A stretch of DNA of 64,000 nucleotides from Armatimonadota bacterium (GCA_026392115.1 JAPLCQ010000094.1:22788-86787), one strand, 5' to 3'; positions 1-11,600 are shown, counted from the first letter of the stretch. The notes: generated by a model not told the origin, from the letters alone. Numbers and translations: made by a program.

Positions 1-500
1 GCGCTCGCCTGCAGCCGCTCCATCTTCGCCTCGAACACCGCCGTCCAGCGGGCGTGCCCGCGTCGGCTCCAGTAGCTCAGTCCCTCGGCATAGGCCGCGC
101 GGGCCTCGGCCGGGCGGCCGGACGCCGCATGGATATCGCCCAGCGCCGCCATCGCGGCCGCCTCGCTGTCGGCGGAGCCCGCGTCGCGGAATAGGCGCAA
201 CGCGTAGCGGATCGTGGCCTCGGCCTGCGTGGCGCGCCCCTCGGCCAGGAGGCACTGCGCCATCCCGGCCAGGCAGTCGGCCTGGGAGGCGGCGCATCCG
301 CACTCGAACCGCATCTGGAGCGAGGCCTCGAAGTGCGCCATGGCCTGCTGCGCGTTGCCCCGAAGCCGCTCGATGGTTCCCAGTTGGTAGCGGGTCTCGG
401 CCAGCGCTTGCGGCGGCTTGGCTCTCTTCAACTGCAGTTCCAGCGCGTGCGAGCAAGTGCAAAGCGCCAGATCAGACTCACCACGCGCACGGTGGACCAT
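1..500 (-). CDS. TPR-repeat protein, 3' end beyond the window
   Basis: Manual minus-strand translation from ATG 500 gives MVHRARGESDLAL...LAETRYQLGTIERLRGNAQQAMAHFEASL...LGDIHAASGRPAEARAAYAEGL. These are TPR-like helical repeats, and the frame is open to base 1. It is absent from the ORF track because the stop lies outside the window. Confidence 0.75.
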   Translation of the reverse strand, partial: MVHRARGESDLALCTCSHALELQLKRAKPPQALAETRYQLGTIERLRGNAQQAMAHFEASLQMRFECGCAASQADCLAGMAQCLLAEGRATQAEATIRYALRLFRDAGSADSEAAAMAALGDIHAASGRPAEARAAYAEGLSYWSRRGHARWTAVFEAKMERLQAS

Positions 501-703
501 ATTATCCAGTGAAGACTGATCGCATCCGACTACGACGCTTCACGATCCAGGCTGCAGTTCCACCGTCTCGCGGCGCTCCGGGGCGGAACCTCCTTGGCGT
601 TTGCCACGTATATCCAATGCTCCGTGACCCGTCCGGAAGATCTGCCGCCTTCAGTGCGGCAATGCCAATGTCTGGTGCGAGCGCGCTGAATGGAGTGCGA
701 GGC

Positions 704-1966
704 ATGGCAATTATTAGAAGGTACCCACCGTGGGCGGTTGGGTTGCTCGTGGCCTCAGTGATCGCTGCGGTGTGCTGGATGGGCACTCACAACGGACGCA
801 GGGCTACGGTGCTGCCCGCATCGGTGCGGGGCTCGCTGCAGTGGTGGACGGTTCGGGATGGATGGTTCGCCACGGTGGCGACCAGTCCCGACCGACGGTC
901 GTTAACGCTTCTTGCTGGGCCGGCGTCGAACCGCCCACAGACGGCGTCTACTGACGCCACCGTTGGCGCCCGCACTCAGATGCTGGGTGTCAGCGGCGAG
1001 TGGTTGTACTACATTGTGCAGCCTTCGCCGGAGCTGGACTCTGGGGATCTCGGCTTGGCCACGGGCGCTACGGCGTGGGTGCCGCAACGGGCAGACGATA
1101 TCGTGCATCAGCCTACGCACGTTCCGAGTTCGCCGATGGCCCGTACCCAGTTCAGCGCGACACTCAGGCGTATGCCGTTGCGGGGAGGCGCATCACAGCT
1201 GGCGCCATGCGCATTCAACACCGAACCGGCATCCGATCCGGTGCGGGTGGCGCTGGCGGACGGCTGTCTCTTCTGGGTGGCCAACGACGTTTCCGGCCCG
1301 CATGTGCTCTGCGCCGACCTTGCCCGCGGACCCGTACGCCGTATGCAGGGCGCGCCGATTGCCGATGGCGGGCCATACCCCATGTGGCCCGGCGCAGCGT
1401 GGATGATTCGGCCGCCCACCATCGCGGACGCCGGCACGCTCGTCTATGCCGGCCCGCCAGACCTGGTCGCCTACACGGTTCGGGGTCTCGGTGGGCCGCT
1501 CAACGGCGTGGTGGCGTCCGGTGTACTGCATGGCAGTGACTCTGCCTCGTACGCCGGCTCACAAGGCGCGGGGCCAACCGCAGGTAGTGAACTGAGCGCC
1601 TATCGCCGCCTGATGGGGCCGGATGCGCCCGATCTCGCCGTGGCGCGGTTAAGTCAGTCTCCGGCTGTGGCCAAGCGATTGCCATTGCCGATCGACCACT
1701 GTAGCCGTGTGACCATCCTGGCCGTCCGTCGAGGGCGCGTCTTCGTCGAGGTGAGCGGGATCGCGCCAGGCGCCCCCAACTGGAGCACCTCCGTGTACGA
1801 ACTCCTGCCCGGCGCCGAACACCGCCTTCGGATCATACCGACGGCGGACGGGGCGCTACGGCATGTGGTAGACGGCGAGTACATCTACTACATGGCGCGC
1901 GGAGACAGCAGCGAAGACCTTCGGCTTCACCGCACTCCCCTGCCGCCAGCGCCGCCGTCGTCGTAA
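704..1966 (+). CDS. Hypothetical membrane-anchored or exported protein, possibly a DUF5050-like beta-propeller
   Basis: N-terminal hydrophobic segment (WAVGLLVASVIAAVCW). Repeated GEWLYY / DGCLFW / DGEYIYY blade-like motifs. The start is uncertain; the ORF is open from 509. Confidence 0.5.
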   Translation: MAIIRRYPPWAVGLLVASVIAAVCWMGTHNGRRATVLPASVRGSLQWWTVRDGWFATVATSPDRRSLTLLAGPASNRPQTASTDATVGARTQMLGVSGEWLYYIVQPSPELDSGDLGLATGATAWVPQRADDIVHQPTHVPSSPMARTQFSATLRRMPLRGGASQLAPCAFNTEPASDPVRVALADGCLFWVANDVSGPHVLCADLARGPVRRMQGAPIADGGPYPMWPGAAWMIRPPTIADAGTLVYAGPPDLVAYTVRGLGGPLNGVVASGVLHGSDSASYAGSQGAGPTAGSELSAYRRLMGPDAPDLAVARLSQSPAVAKRLPLPIDHCSRVTILAVRRGRVFVEVSGIAPGAPNWSTSVYELLPGAEHRLRIIPTADGALRHVVDGEYIYYMARGDSSEDLRLHRTPLPPAPPSS

Positions 1967-1996
1967 GCGGTCCACTTCGCGTCCCGCTACTGCGCA

Positions 1997-4648
1997 TCAC
2001 GATCCCGGCCCCAGCTCCACCGTCTCGCCGCGGCTTGTGGCGAAAGTGATGCGGTCGCCTTGCAGCAGCTGTTCGCCGCCGGGTCGAATCAGGCGGACGG
2101 CGCGGCCAGGCCATGGGGTCACCATGGTGCATGGCCCGCCCTTCTCGCTGGTCAGGCGAACGGGGCCGATGGCGCCGCCCTTCAGCTCGGCCGACACCAG
2201 GAAGGCCCCCCGCGCCCGCAGCGTGCCGAAACGGGCGTCGAGCCGCCTGGGCCAGCAGGGGAAGAGGCGCAAGATGCGGTCGTGGCTCTGGAGCAGCATC
2301 TCGTTCACCGCCAGCAGCCCGCCCACGCTCTCGATGCCGCCGCCGCCGTAGTAGAGCAGCAGGTTGGGCATCGAGTGCTTGTCGCACTCCTGGCGCATCC
2401 TCGCCAGGATGGTCTCGGGATCGTACCCGACGCGGGCGCAGGCGCTGTACCACGAGGCGAATCCGTTGTAGTCGGCCCACCGGGCCATGGCGTCGATGGT
2501 GTCGCGGCAGACCCGCAGCAGGGCCGGGTCGCTGTCGAGGCCGACGGCGCCGGCGGGGAAGATGTGGTGGATGCCCAGCGTGTTGCCGTCGCACCAGGCC
2601 ATGCCGCGCTCGGAATACCGAAAGACGGTCTTGCCGCCGCGCTCCTGCAGCGGGAAGTCGCTCAGGTTCTCGAGGATGTGGCGCCACTTCGCGCGCCAGC
2701 CGGCATCGACGCCCAACTCCTCGCTCATGGCCGGCAGGTTGCCGAAGAGCGTCCGGAGGAGGCCCAGCGTGAGGACGGGGTTCACGTCGGGACCCGATCC
2801 CTCGTGGATGGAGTCGCTGTAGACGACGTAGCGGCCGCCCTCGAGCTTCAGGTAGTCCTCCCAGAACGCCGCCACCTCCAGCAGGTAGGGGTACGCCGTG
2901 CGGCGCAGGAAGCTCCGGTCGCGCGTGGCCTGCCACTGCCAGATGTAGTTGAGGGCCGCGAAGGCCGCGTTGGAGCGCTGGCCCCAGTCGCCGTCGGGGT
3001 TCTCCGGCGAGAGGCCCCAGGGCCCGATGCAGACCGGGAAGTGGACGCCCTTCCAGCCGTGGCGCGCGGCCATGGCGCGGCCGTTGGGCAGCGACTCGCC
3101 GACGGCGCGGTAGAAGGGCTCCGTTAAGTCGGCGTGGTTCGCCCAGTAGGCGAGGTAGTAGGGCGCTTGGAAGTTATAGTTGAGGTGGAAGTCGCCGTGC
3201 CAATTGGCCTCGTCGGTCGTCACCCAACTGCCCCAGAGGCCCGGGGCCACCTTGCCGGCGCGACTGCACGATCCAAGCACATAGAGCGCGCCGTACCAGC
3301 GCTTCTCAAGCTCCTTGTCGGGTATCTCCACGAACGAGCGCGCCCAGTATCGCCGCCACCACGCCCGGTGCGCCGAGGCAAGGCCGGCGATGCGGGCCGG
3401 CGTCAGGCGTTCGGCTTCGCGGCGGCCGGCAGTGAGCGGCGGGTCGGCGTCCAGGTCGCTGAGCACGCTCGTGGCCACCGTGACGGTCGCGCCGGGCTGC
3501 ACGGTGAAGCGCAACCCCCCATCGCCGGCGGGCTCGGTGGCCGCGCCCACCACGCGGGTCGCGCCGGCCACGCGGCGCGGCTTGCCCGGCAGCGCGTCGG
3601 CCTGCCGCTCGAACCAGCAGCTCCCCGTGCGGGCATCGGACTCCGCCGGGGCTCCGCCGCCCGCCTGCGCTGCCAGGCGGCCGGCGACGTAGGCGCGGAG
3701 CGAGCGGCCATCGAAGACCCCCGCCACGTGGAGCCACCCGCCCAGGGGCAGCGCCTGCTCGGCTTGCACGGCGACACCGTTGATGGTCCAGCGCAGCTTG
3801 CCCGCCGAGAGGCCCAGGCTGTACGACCGGTTCCATTCGCCGCCGCTGACGATGTAGTTGGCCTCGGGGCTGACGCCGTCGACGCGCACCCATGCCGATA
3901 CTGTGACGGCGCGGGTTACCCTGGGCGCTTGGAGGACGCGGAAGGTGGCCTTCCCGTCGAACGCCTCGGCGGCGCCGTGAGGCGTCGAGGCCGCGCCGCG
4001 CAATTCCTCGGCGGTCAGAGCGCGGTCGATGATGCGGAGGTCGGCCACGGCACCATGGAAGTACCAGCGTCCCCCGCCGTAGAGCTCGCGGCCCACGGTC
4101 ACAGGCCCCGGTGGCGGCTCCACGTCGGCGCCCACGCCGCGCCACGGCCCTGCTGACGCCCCCAGCGTAACGGTCAGCGGACGCTTGCCGGTGGCCGTGA
4201 GCCGGGTGACGAGCAGGTTGCGCGTGGCGCAGACCCACGTGCGCGTGGCCAACGCCGCGTCGCCCCGGACGAAGGCGCCGACCGCCTCGGCGTGCCGCAG
4301 GTCCTGCTCCACGCGGTACGACGCGCCCGCCAGTTCGGGCGCGTGCAGCGTCACAGTCCCGCAGGTGAGGATGCGCGCGTCGCCGGGCGTGCGGCTCCAG
4401 AAGTCGTTCTTGCTGATGTGGAACCGCAGGGCCTCGGGGGGACCGGCCACGACCACGCCCACATCGCCGTTGCCGAGCAGCGGGCCATCGGGCATGGCCT
4501 GGGTGGGCACATTAGAAGGAGGCGACGTCCATACGCCACGGTGCCGCGCCACGGGCGGCTCGGCGGCGGCGGCGGTCATTGCCGAAACTCCGGCGACCGC
4601 CGCGGCGGCAATCCAGCACAGGGTTCGCATCGCATGGAGGCGCCTCAT
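1997..4648 (-). CDS. GH95-like alpha-L-fucosidase/galactosidase with an inserted LamG domain
   Basis: Signal peptide; DGPLLGNGD N-terminal motif; SSR...PGLWG; WHGDFHLNYNFQ; EMLLQSH; C-terminal LRARGAFLVSA. Confidence 0.8.
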   Translation of the reverse strand: MRRLHAMRTLCWIAAAAVAGVSAMTAAAAEPPVARHRGVWTSPPSNVPTQAMPDGPLLGNGDVGVVVAGPPEALRFHISKNDFWSRTPGDARILTCGTVTLHAPELAGASYRVEQDLRHAEAVGAFVRGDAALATRTWVCATRNLLVTRLTATGKRPLTVTLGASAGPWRGVGADVEPPPGPVTVGRELYGGGRWYFHGAVADLRIIDRALTAEELRGAASTPHGAAEAFDGKATFRVLQAPRVTRAVTVSAWVRVDGVSPEANYIVSGGEWNRSYSLGLSAGKLRWTINGVAVQAEQALPLGGWLHVAGVFDGRSLRAYVAGRLAAQAGGGAPAESDARTGSCWFERQADALPGKPRRVAGATRVVGAATEPAGDGGLRFTVQPGATVTVATSVLSDLDADPPLTAGRREAERLTPARIAGLASAHRAWWRRYWARSFVEIPDKELEKRWYGALYVLGSCSRAGKVAPGLWGSWVTTDEANWHGDFHLNYNFQAPYYLAYWANHADLTEPFYRAVGESLPNGRAMAARHGWKGVHFPVCIGPWGLSPENPDGDWGQRSNAAFAALNYIWQWQATRDRSFLRRTAYPYLLEVAAFWEDYLKLEGGRYVVYSDSIHEGSGPDVNPVLTLGLLRTLFGNLPAMSEELGVDAGWRAKWRHILENLSDFPLQERGGKTVFRYSERGMAWCDGNTLGIHHIFPAGAVGLDSDPALLRVCRDTIDAMARWADYNGFASWYSACARVGYDPETILARMRQECDKHSMPNLLLYYGGGGIESVGGLLAVNEMLLQSHDRILRLFPCWPRRLDARFGTLRARGAFLVSAELKGGAIGPVRLTSEKGGPCTMVTPWPGRAVRLIRPGGEQLLQGDRITFATSRGETVELGPGS

Positions 4649-4784
4649 CGGGGAAGCTCAGGAGTCGGAGGAAGTCTGCGCTCGGCTTGCCCGGTGTCAA
4701 GGGCTGCACAGGGCAATAGGTTGGCCTTGGTCAGGTTGGCGCACATGCCGCGAGTCTACCGCAGGCGGGCAGGCCTTCATCAGG

Positions 4785-6686
4785 TTATGGCGTCGCGTGG
4801 ATGCCCACTACGCCCGGCCGGAGGTTCAGTCGGTTTCCGGCAATGGTGCGGCCTGCACCGACCATGTTGGACAAAGTGATTGCCCCGCCGTCCACCGCCG
4901 GCCTCCGGTCATCGAGCGTGTTTCCGTCCAGCGTCAGTCGACCGCAACGGTCGATGAGCACGGCCTGCATGCTCCGCGCCGCGCCGACATCGACCGTGAT
5001 CCGGTTTCCACGAAGGACCACGTCGGCATAAGCGTCGACCTTCACGCCCTGGGTCAGCGGGAGGACGCCGCGGGGAGCCATGCGGATCGTGTTCGCCTCA
5101 AGCGTGATGCTTGCCGGGAATGGCGCCGCCAGCCTGCGGGCGCTCCATGTGTTGCCGGCGAGGAACACCTGCGGCCCGAGGACGCCGATGGCGAATGGCC
5201 AGGGAGCATCGATCGTGTTTCCCCGGATGAGGGTGTCGCCGAGGGCGCCCTGGACATCGATGCCGTAGGCGGTGTGCTCCATGCGGTTGCCCTCGATGCG
5301 GAACGCGCCGTTGTAGGCAAGTATTGCCTCTTTGAGTTGCGACCGGAACCTGCAGTTCCTGATGATCGCCGGCGCGGTGGGCTTGCGGAGAACGAGGGTG
5401 GGCCCGGGACCGTTACGCGCCTCGTCGGCTTGCGCCGAGGCGCGGGACCGCACGCCCGCGATCGGGGCGTCGAGCCGCACGAGGCTCTGGTGCCCGCTAC
5501 GCTCGCAACGCACGATGCGCCGCTCGCCCAGCGACACGCCGGAGGCCTGGTCGAAGAAGATGAGGGTGTCGCCGACCTCCAGGAGCGAGGGGTACCAGGC
5601 GATCTCGGTGTAGGCCAGCTTCAGGGCATCCGGCGCCGTCTGCTCCTCCACCGTGTGGCCCAGGTCGCCGACGCTCACGGAATCGTCGCCCAGCGCCTCG
5701 ATCGTGCAGTCCTCGATGATCGGACCCCGCCGTGTGCGGCCGTGGATGCCGTCGGAGTTGCAGGCCGCCAATCGAGTGGCGCCCGGCCGGCGAACGATCC
5801 TCACCCCGCGGACCACCAGGTCATCACACCCGTCGAAGCGGATGGCGATGCGCGGTGAGGAGTAGTGCCGGATGTCTTCGATGCGGCATCCGGGGCTCTG
5901 GCGCAGTTGGATGCTTGCCGTGGGACTCGAAACGCAGCGGCCATCCTCCGTGACGAACCGCCGCGCCCACTCCTCGCGGGTGTGGTGCGGGAGGATGAAC
6001 CAGAAGCGCTGGCCCGGCTGCACGTGGGTGCGGACCACATCGCGGCACCACGCGGCATCGGAGGGAACGATGCGAAAGACTCCGGGGCGACCCGGCACGG
6101 CGCCGGCCTCCGACATGTAGACCCAGTAGTGTGTGAAGAGCGGGCTCGGCGCCGGCTCGACGAAGCAGCCATGGTCGTAGTGCGAGTCGCCGATCCACTT
6201 GGCGCCGTCGGGCACCGGGTAGCCCTCCTCCAGTTGGAGCAGGAACGTGCCGGCGGTCCGATCCACTTCCAGCACGACGCCTTGCGTGAAGGGCAGCGGC
6301 GAGTAGTCGATGGTCAGGTTGCGGATGGTGGTTTGCGGGCTGCGAAGGACGCCGAAGGCCATGTTCTTCGGGTCCACGGTCAACTCAGCGCCGTTGCCCT
6401 CCACGCAGACGCGGTGGCCGTCGATGATCGGCAGCGCTTCCCACCGCTCCTCCCATGCGCCAATCCGATAGCGCCGTCCGCGCTCGAAGGCGACGGTGAC
6501 GCCGCACGCTCCCGGCGCGAGAGAGAGAGCCGCGGCCTTCGCCAGCGCGGCGCGAATGGCCGGGCCGTCGTCAGACGCACCATCGCCCTTCGCGCCGAAA
6601 CTCGCCACGCGGAGCGTTACCGGCGCCGCCCCATGGGCGACTGCGCAGGCCAGGAGCGCCACGGCGGCAAGCCAGGAAGCGATCAT
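4785..6686 (-). CDS. Secreted right-handed parallel beta-helix protein, GH110 alpha-galactosidase-like
   Basis: Signal peptide MIASWLAAV...; FGAKGDGASDD pectin-lyase-like start; NLTIDYSPLPFTQG; NSDGIH...IEDC...GDD. The ATG overlaps the upstream TGA (ATGA at 6683-6686). Confidence 0.7.
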   Translation of the reverse strand: MIASWLAAVALLACAVAHGAAPVTLRVASFGAKGDGASDDGPAIRAALAKAAALSLAPGACGVTVAFERGRRYRIGAWEERWEALPIIDGHRVCVEGNGAELTVDPKNMAFGVLRSPQTTIRNLTIDYSPLPFTQGVVLEVDRTAGTFLLQLEEGYPVPDGAKWIGDSHYDHGCFVEPAPSPLFTHYWVYMSEAGAVPGRPGVFRIVPSDAAWCRDVVRTHVQPGQRFWFILPHHTREEWARRFVTEDGRCVSSPTASIQLRQSPGCRIEDIRHYSSPRIAIRFDGCDDLVVRGVRIVRRPGATRLAACNSDGIHGRTRRGPIIEDCTIEALGDDSVSVGDLGHTVEEQTAPDALKLAYTEIAWYPSLLEVGDTLIFFDQASGVSLGERRIVRCERSGHQSLVRLDAPIAGVRSRASAQADEARNGPGPTLVLRKPTAPAIIRNCRFRSQLKEAILAYNGAFRIEGNRMEHTAYGIDVQGALGDTLIRGNTIDAPWPFAIGVLGPQVFLAGNTWSARRLAAPFPASITLEANTIRMAPRGVLPLTQGVKVDAYADVVLRGNRITVDVGAARSMQAVLIDRCGRLTLDGNTLDDRRPAVDGGAITLSNMVGAGRTIAGNRLNLRPGVVGIHATP

Positions 6687-8350
6687 GCCGCCTCCGGCCT
6701 CAGCAGCACTACCCAGTCGTGGCCGTGCCCCGGGGCGGCGAGGCGGATCTCGCCCTTGCGATCGGCGGTCAGCTTCCCGCCGTCGGCCTCGACCGTCTCG
6801 ACGGTGTCGAAGTGCGTGATCCTGTACGCCACGCCGGGCTCCAGCTGGCGCAGGACGACCGGGCGGTCCTGGAGCATGTAGAAGACCCGGGCGCCGTCGG
6901 CGGCCCCGCAGGCGGCAGGGGCCACGGCGTCGGTCGGAGCCCCGCCGGCGGTGATGGGCGCGGCGCCCTCGGCAGGCGCGGCGGCTCCGTCCCAGGCGGC
7001 CCAGGTGAAGTGGGGCTGCAGCGTCCACCACGCCAGCTTCACCAGCCAGCGCTTGCCCGCCGCGATCTGGCGGCCGCCGTCGAGGTGCATGGCCTCGTCC
7101 CAGGGAAGGTTGCCATAGCCCGTGCTGCCGGGCGTTGGCGACGCGCCGTGCGGCGCACCCTTGCGGTTCACCTGCCAGATGCCGTTCGCCCCGTAGGTGT
7201 GGCCCGCCGCGCCGTTCAGCATGCAGAGCCAGAACATGGAGCGCGTCTTGGAGGCCGGGATGCGGTCGATGAGCATCTCGTAGCTCGCCTCGCCGTTCAC
7301 CACGGGCATCGTCGGATAGGCGGCGCGGCTCTGGATGACGGTGTCCGCGGCGCCCGCCTCGGCGGTGAGGCCCGGGCCGTCGTGCGGGGTCTGCAGCAGG
7401 TCGATGTCCAGCAAGGCGTCATCGTCCACGGCATGGCGAGACGAGTAGGAGTTGATGGCCGTGGGGTGGATGGTGGTTATCCGCCGCCACGGGTCGGTGG
7501 CGCGGAGGTGCCGCATGACATCGCACCAGCGGCGCGTCGTGGCCTGGTCGTCATATGGGAAGCCCTCGGCCTGGTACCAGGGCAGGTTGGCCTCGCCCGC
7601 CGTACACCACGCCACGGGCAGCGCGGCGTAGCGGGCGACGAGGTAGCGCCAGTGGGACTTCAGCTTCGCCTCGCCCATCCAGGGCATGAAGTAGCCCCAG
7701 GCGCCGACGATGCAGGGCATGAGGCCCTTCTCAACCAGCCCGAAGATGCGCCGATCGGCGGCGTCGAAGTACTCGGGGCGGATGCGGGCGTACTCGGCCT
7801 CCCAGGGGTGGCCGGCCTCGTTGGCGCCGCGCGGGTCGAAGGGGTGCATATCCGGGTAGAGGCCCGCCACCAGCTGCACCACGTTGAATCCCTTGGCCAC
7901 GCGGTCATCAGCCAGCTTGGCGAAGTCATGCGGCCACTCGAGCCGCCGGCAGAGGCCCATCCACCAGGTGTCGCCAAGCCAGAAGAAGGGCGTGCCGTCG
8001 GCGTGCCGCAGGTGCCGCCGGTCGGGCGCCACGCCTACGGGGCCATGGGCGTAGAGCGCGTTCCCGCCGGTGTAGGGCTCGACCTCCACCGTGCCGGTCA
8101 CGTTGTGCAGGCCGGCGTCCAGCGCCTCGCTGCACTCGCTCCACCAGCGCGCCGCGCCGGGCCGGCCGGCCGAGTAGCGCACCTTCCAGGTCTGGCCGCC
8201 GGCCCAGAAGGCGGGGACGCGCCGCGTCGTGCCGTCGGGCTCTTCGAACACGACGTCGAGGGCGACAGTGTTGAACGGATCGGCGTGGGCGCCCCGCGCG
8301 GTGAAGGCGATCTCGACGGGCACGTTGGTTTGGGTGCGGCAGGTTCGCAT
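6683..8350 (-). CDS. DUF5060/DUF4038 (GH140 apiosidase-like) glycoside hydrolase
   Basis: FWAGGQTWKVRY; DGTPFFWLGDTWW; KGFNVVQ; YLVARY; PVVNGEASYE; GHTYGANGIWQ; C-terminal DWVVLL. Confidence 0.8.
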   Translation of the reverse strand: MRTCRTQTNVPVEIAFTARGAHADPFNTVALDVVFEEPDGTTRRVPAFWAGGQTWKVRYSAGRPGAARWWSECSEALDAGLHNVTGTVEVEPYTGGNALYAHGPVGVAPDRRHLRHADGTPFFWLGDTWWMGLCRRLEWPHDFAKLADDRVAKGFNVVQLVAGLYPDMHPFDPRGANEAGHPWEAEYARIRPEYFDAADRRIFGLVEKGLMPCIVGAWGYFMPWMGEAKLKSHWRYLVARYAALPVAWCTAGEANLPWYQAEGFPYDDQATTRRWCDVMRHLRATDPWRRITTIHPTAINSYSSRHAVDDDALLDIDLLQTPHDGPGLTAEAGAADTVIQSRAAYPTMPVVNGEASYEMLIDRIPASKTRSMFWLCMLNGAAGHTYGANGIWQVNRKGAPHGASPTPGSTGYGNLPWDEAMHLDGGRQIAAGKRWLVKLAWWTLQPHFTWAAWDGAAAPAEGAAPITAGGAPTDAVAPAACGAADGARVFYMLQDRPVVLRQLEPGVAYRITHFDTVETVEADGGKLTADRKGEIRLAAPGHGHDWVVLLRPEAA

Positions 8351-8623
8351 GTCTCACTCCATGGCGTGGTCGGCCTGCTCGTCGGCCGCTGTTGAAGCCT
8401 ACCAGACAGAGCCGATCTACGCACACGGACGCCCGTAGGCGCCGGTCGCCGACGGCGCGCGGATTTGTCGCCTTGCGCGGGAGATTTGATGGATTTACGG
8501 ACAGACACATGGCGATGAACGAGCCATGTTGGAGGTGTTGCGTTGGCGCCGGACAGGCCGCACGCCTCGCTGGAGGGCGCTCGGCGCCTGTTGCGCGCCA
8601 CCGCGCCGAGAGGGGACCTCTTT

Positions 8624-11600
8624 ATGAATCATCCAGATATCGCTGCGCGCAGACCGGCCGCCGCATCCATGTGGCAGGCGTGTGCGGCAGCCGCGCTCTG
8701 CCTTCCCGCGTTGTGCGCCGCTGTCCCGCCGGCGGCGATGCCATCCAGGATGGCCGACCTGCCGATGTCGTTTGAGGCCAACCAGGGCCAGGCCGACCGA
8801 CGCGTCCGGTTTGTCGCGCGCGGGACCGGCTACACGCTGTTCCTCATGGGAAGCAAGGCAGTCATGGTCAGGCGGGGCGCCGCCGGCCCGGCCGCGGCGC
8901 CGTCAATGCTTGCGATGAACGTCGTCGGCGCCGATCCGGGCGCGACGATGGCGGGCGCCGGGAAGCTCCCCGGGAAGGCCAACTACTTTGCGGGCCGAGA
9001 CCCGAATCAATGGCATTCGAACATATCGATCTATCGTCAGGTTATATGCGGTAATATCTACCCGCGCACGGATTTGGTCTATTACGGTAGTCGCGGCCGC
9101 CTCGAATACGACTTCGTCGTCAGGCGCGGAGGCGATCCCCGACGGCTGATGCTAGCCTTCGAGGGCGCGAGCCGTCTGAGATTGGCGGCCAACGGCGATA
9201 TGCTCGTTTCGACGCCCGCCGGCGACGTTCGCCTGCAACGGCCCTACGCCTACCAGCAGATCGGCGCCAAGCGCGTGGAGGTCGCCTGCGACTACCGCCT
9301 CGGGCCCCCTCGGCACGGCTCCCGAACCGCCGCTGTCACGTTCACCGTCGGGCGCTACGACACCTCCCGAACGCTCGTCGTGGACCCGGTCCTCATCTAC
9401 TCGACCTACCTCGGCGGCAGCGCCTACGACACAGTCACGGGCATCGCCGTCGACGCGACCGGTGCCGCCTACGTGACCGGCTACACCGAATCCGCCAACT
9501 TCCCGACAACCCTCGGCGCCTTCTCCACGACCATGCCGGGCGGCGCCGGCGACCGGGGCGTCTTCGTGACGAAGCTCAACCCGACCGGCACGGCCCTGGT
9601 CTACTCGACCTACCTGGGCGGAAGCGGCTACGAGTCGCCATGGGGCATCGCCGTGGACGCGGCCGGCGCCGCCTATGTGACGGGACAGACCTACTCCCCG
9701 GACTTCCCGACGACGCCCGGGGCGTTCCAGGCCGTCGCGCCCGGCGGCGGAGCCAACCAGGATGCCTTCGTCACCAAGCTCAGCCCGTCCGGCGGCACGC
9801 TGGACTATTCGACGTACCTGGGCGGTAGCGCCAACGATCAGGCGCTGGCCATCGCCGTGGATGCGGGCGGCGCGGCGTACGTCACCGGTGATACCTACTC
9901 CATCGACTTTCCGGTCACCGCGGGCGCGTTCGCCACGGTCTCACCTGACGGCGGCGTCAACCAGGATGCATTCGCCGCCAAGCTGAACCCGTCGGGCTCG
10001 GCCCTCGCCTACTCGACCTACCTCGGAGGCGCCGATTACGATGAGGGCGACGGAGTGGCCGTAGACTCGTCCGGCGCCGCCTACATCACGGGCAGCACCT
10101 ATTCGATCGACTTCCCGACCACGGTGGGCGCCTTCCGGACCACCTCGCCCGGCAGCGGGAACACCCTGGACAGCTTCGTGACCAAGCTGGCCCCGTCCGG
10201 TTCGGCGCAGGCCTACTCCACCTACCTGGGCGGCAACGGCGACGACCAGGCCGTGGGCATCGCGGTCGACGGGGCCGGGTCGGCGTACGCGGTGGGGGAT
10301 ACCTACTCGACCAACTTCCCTGTCTCGGTGGGCGCCTTCCGGACGACCGCACTGGGAGGCGGCGTGTACCCGGCGGTCTACGTGACGAAGCTGAATGCGG
10401 CCGGAGGCGCGCTGGGGTACTCAACCTATCTGGGCGGTCGGAACCAGAACTACTCGGGCGGCATCGTCGTGGACGGCTCCGGTTCGGTGGTCGTTTCCGG
10501 CTACACCTACTCCACCGACTTCCCAACCACCGTGGACGCCTATGCCCGCACTGCCGCCGGCGGGCTGTCGGTCGATGCCTTCCTGACGAAGCTGAACCCG
10601 CTCGGGAAGGCCCTCCTCTACTCGACCTACTTCGGCGGCCTCAACGAGGACCATGCGCTATGCGTCGCGGTGGACCCCGTGGGCTCGCCGTACTTTGCCG
10701 GGTACACACGCGCAACCGACTTCCCGATCACTTCGGGTGCGTTCCAGACGTCCAACGGCGGAAGCAGCGACGGGTTCGTGACCAAGTTCTCCTTCATCAT
10801 TCCCACCAGCACAACCGTCACTCCCGCCGGCGGACAGCCGGGCCAGCAGGTGTACATCACCGCCACCGTAGTCGGGCAGGACGCCGCCAAGGTAAACGGA
10901 GGCACTGTCCGGTTCACGACGCCCGATAGCCGGACCCATGACCGCTTGACCGACGCAAACGGGATCGCGGAGCTCTACTGGGATATCCCCGCGGGCGTTC
11001 GCACGTCGTCGGTCTCGGCGCAGTTCCTGGGAAACGCCGCCTACGCGGCCAGTACCGGAAGCGCGACCGTGACGGTGAACGTCACGACGAGGGTGTCGGC
11101 GCCGAACGCCAAGGGCGTACCGGGGCAGAGCATCGATGTCGTGGCATACCTCTTCGAAGGCGCATCGTGGTCGGGCATCGCGGGTAAGCGCCTCGCGCTC
11201 CACGTTGACGGCGGACCGGCCATCACGTTCCCCGGCCTCACGCAGGGCGCCTACGGCAAGGCCGTTTGCCCCTACGCGATCCCCGGAAGCATGAGTGTCG
11301 GCTCCCACGCGCTGGCGGTCTCCTTCGCCGGCGATGCGGACTGGCCCGCGTCGGAGGGCTCCGCGACGCTCGCCCTGACGGATCCCCCGAAGCCGACCTA
11401 CGCCATGCTGTTCACGTATGCGGCCAAGGTGGCCGTCGCCACGAAGCTCGTGGGCTACCTCTACGAGATGCAGCCAAAGGGGGTGCTGGCGCCGTTGCCG
11501 GGCCGGACGGTGCGGTTCACCAAGGCGGGAACCCAGATCGGCGCCGTGGTCACCGCGCCGGACGGCAAGGCCACGCTCTGCCACACGCCGACCGCGGCCG

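Noticed and set aside
9395..10790. Periodic DNA repeats that might suggest a CRISPR array or DGR
   Set aside because: They are degenerate in-frame SBBP protein repeats, with no identical repeat-spacer structure and no cas or reverse transcriptase gene.
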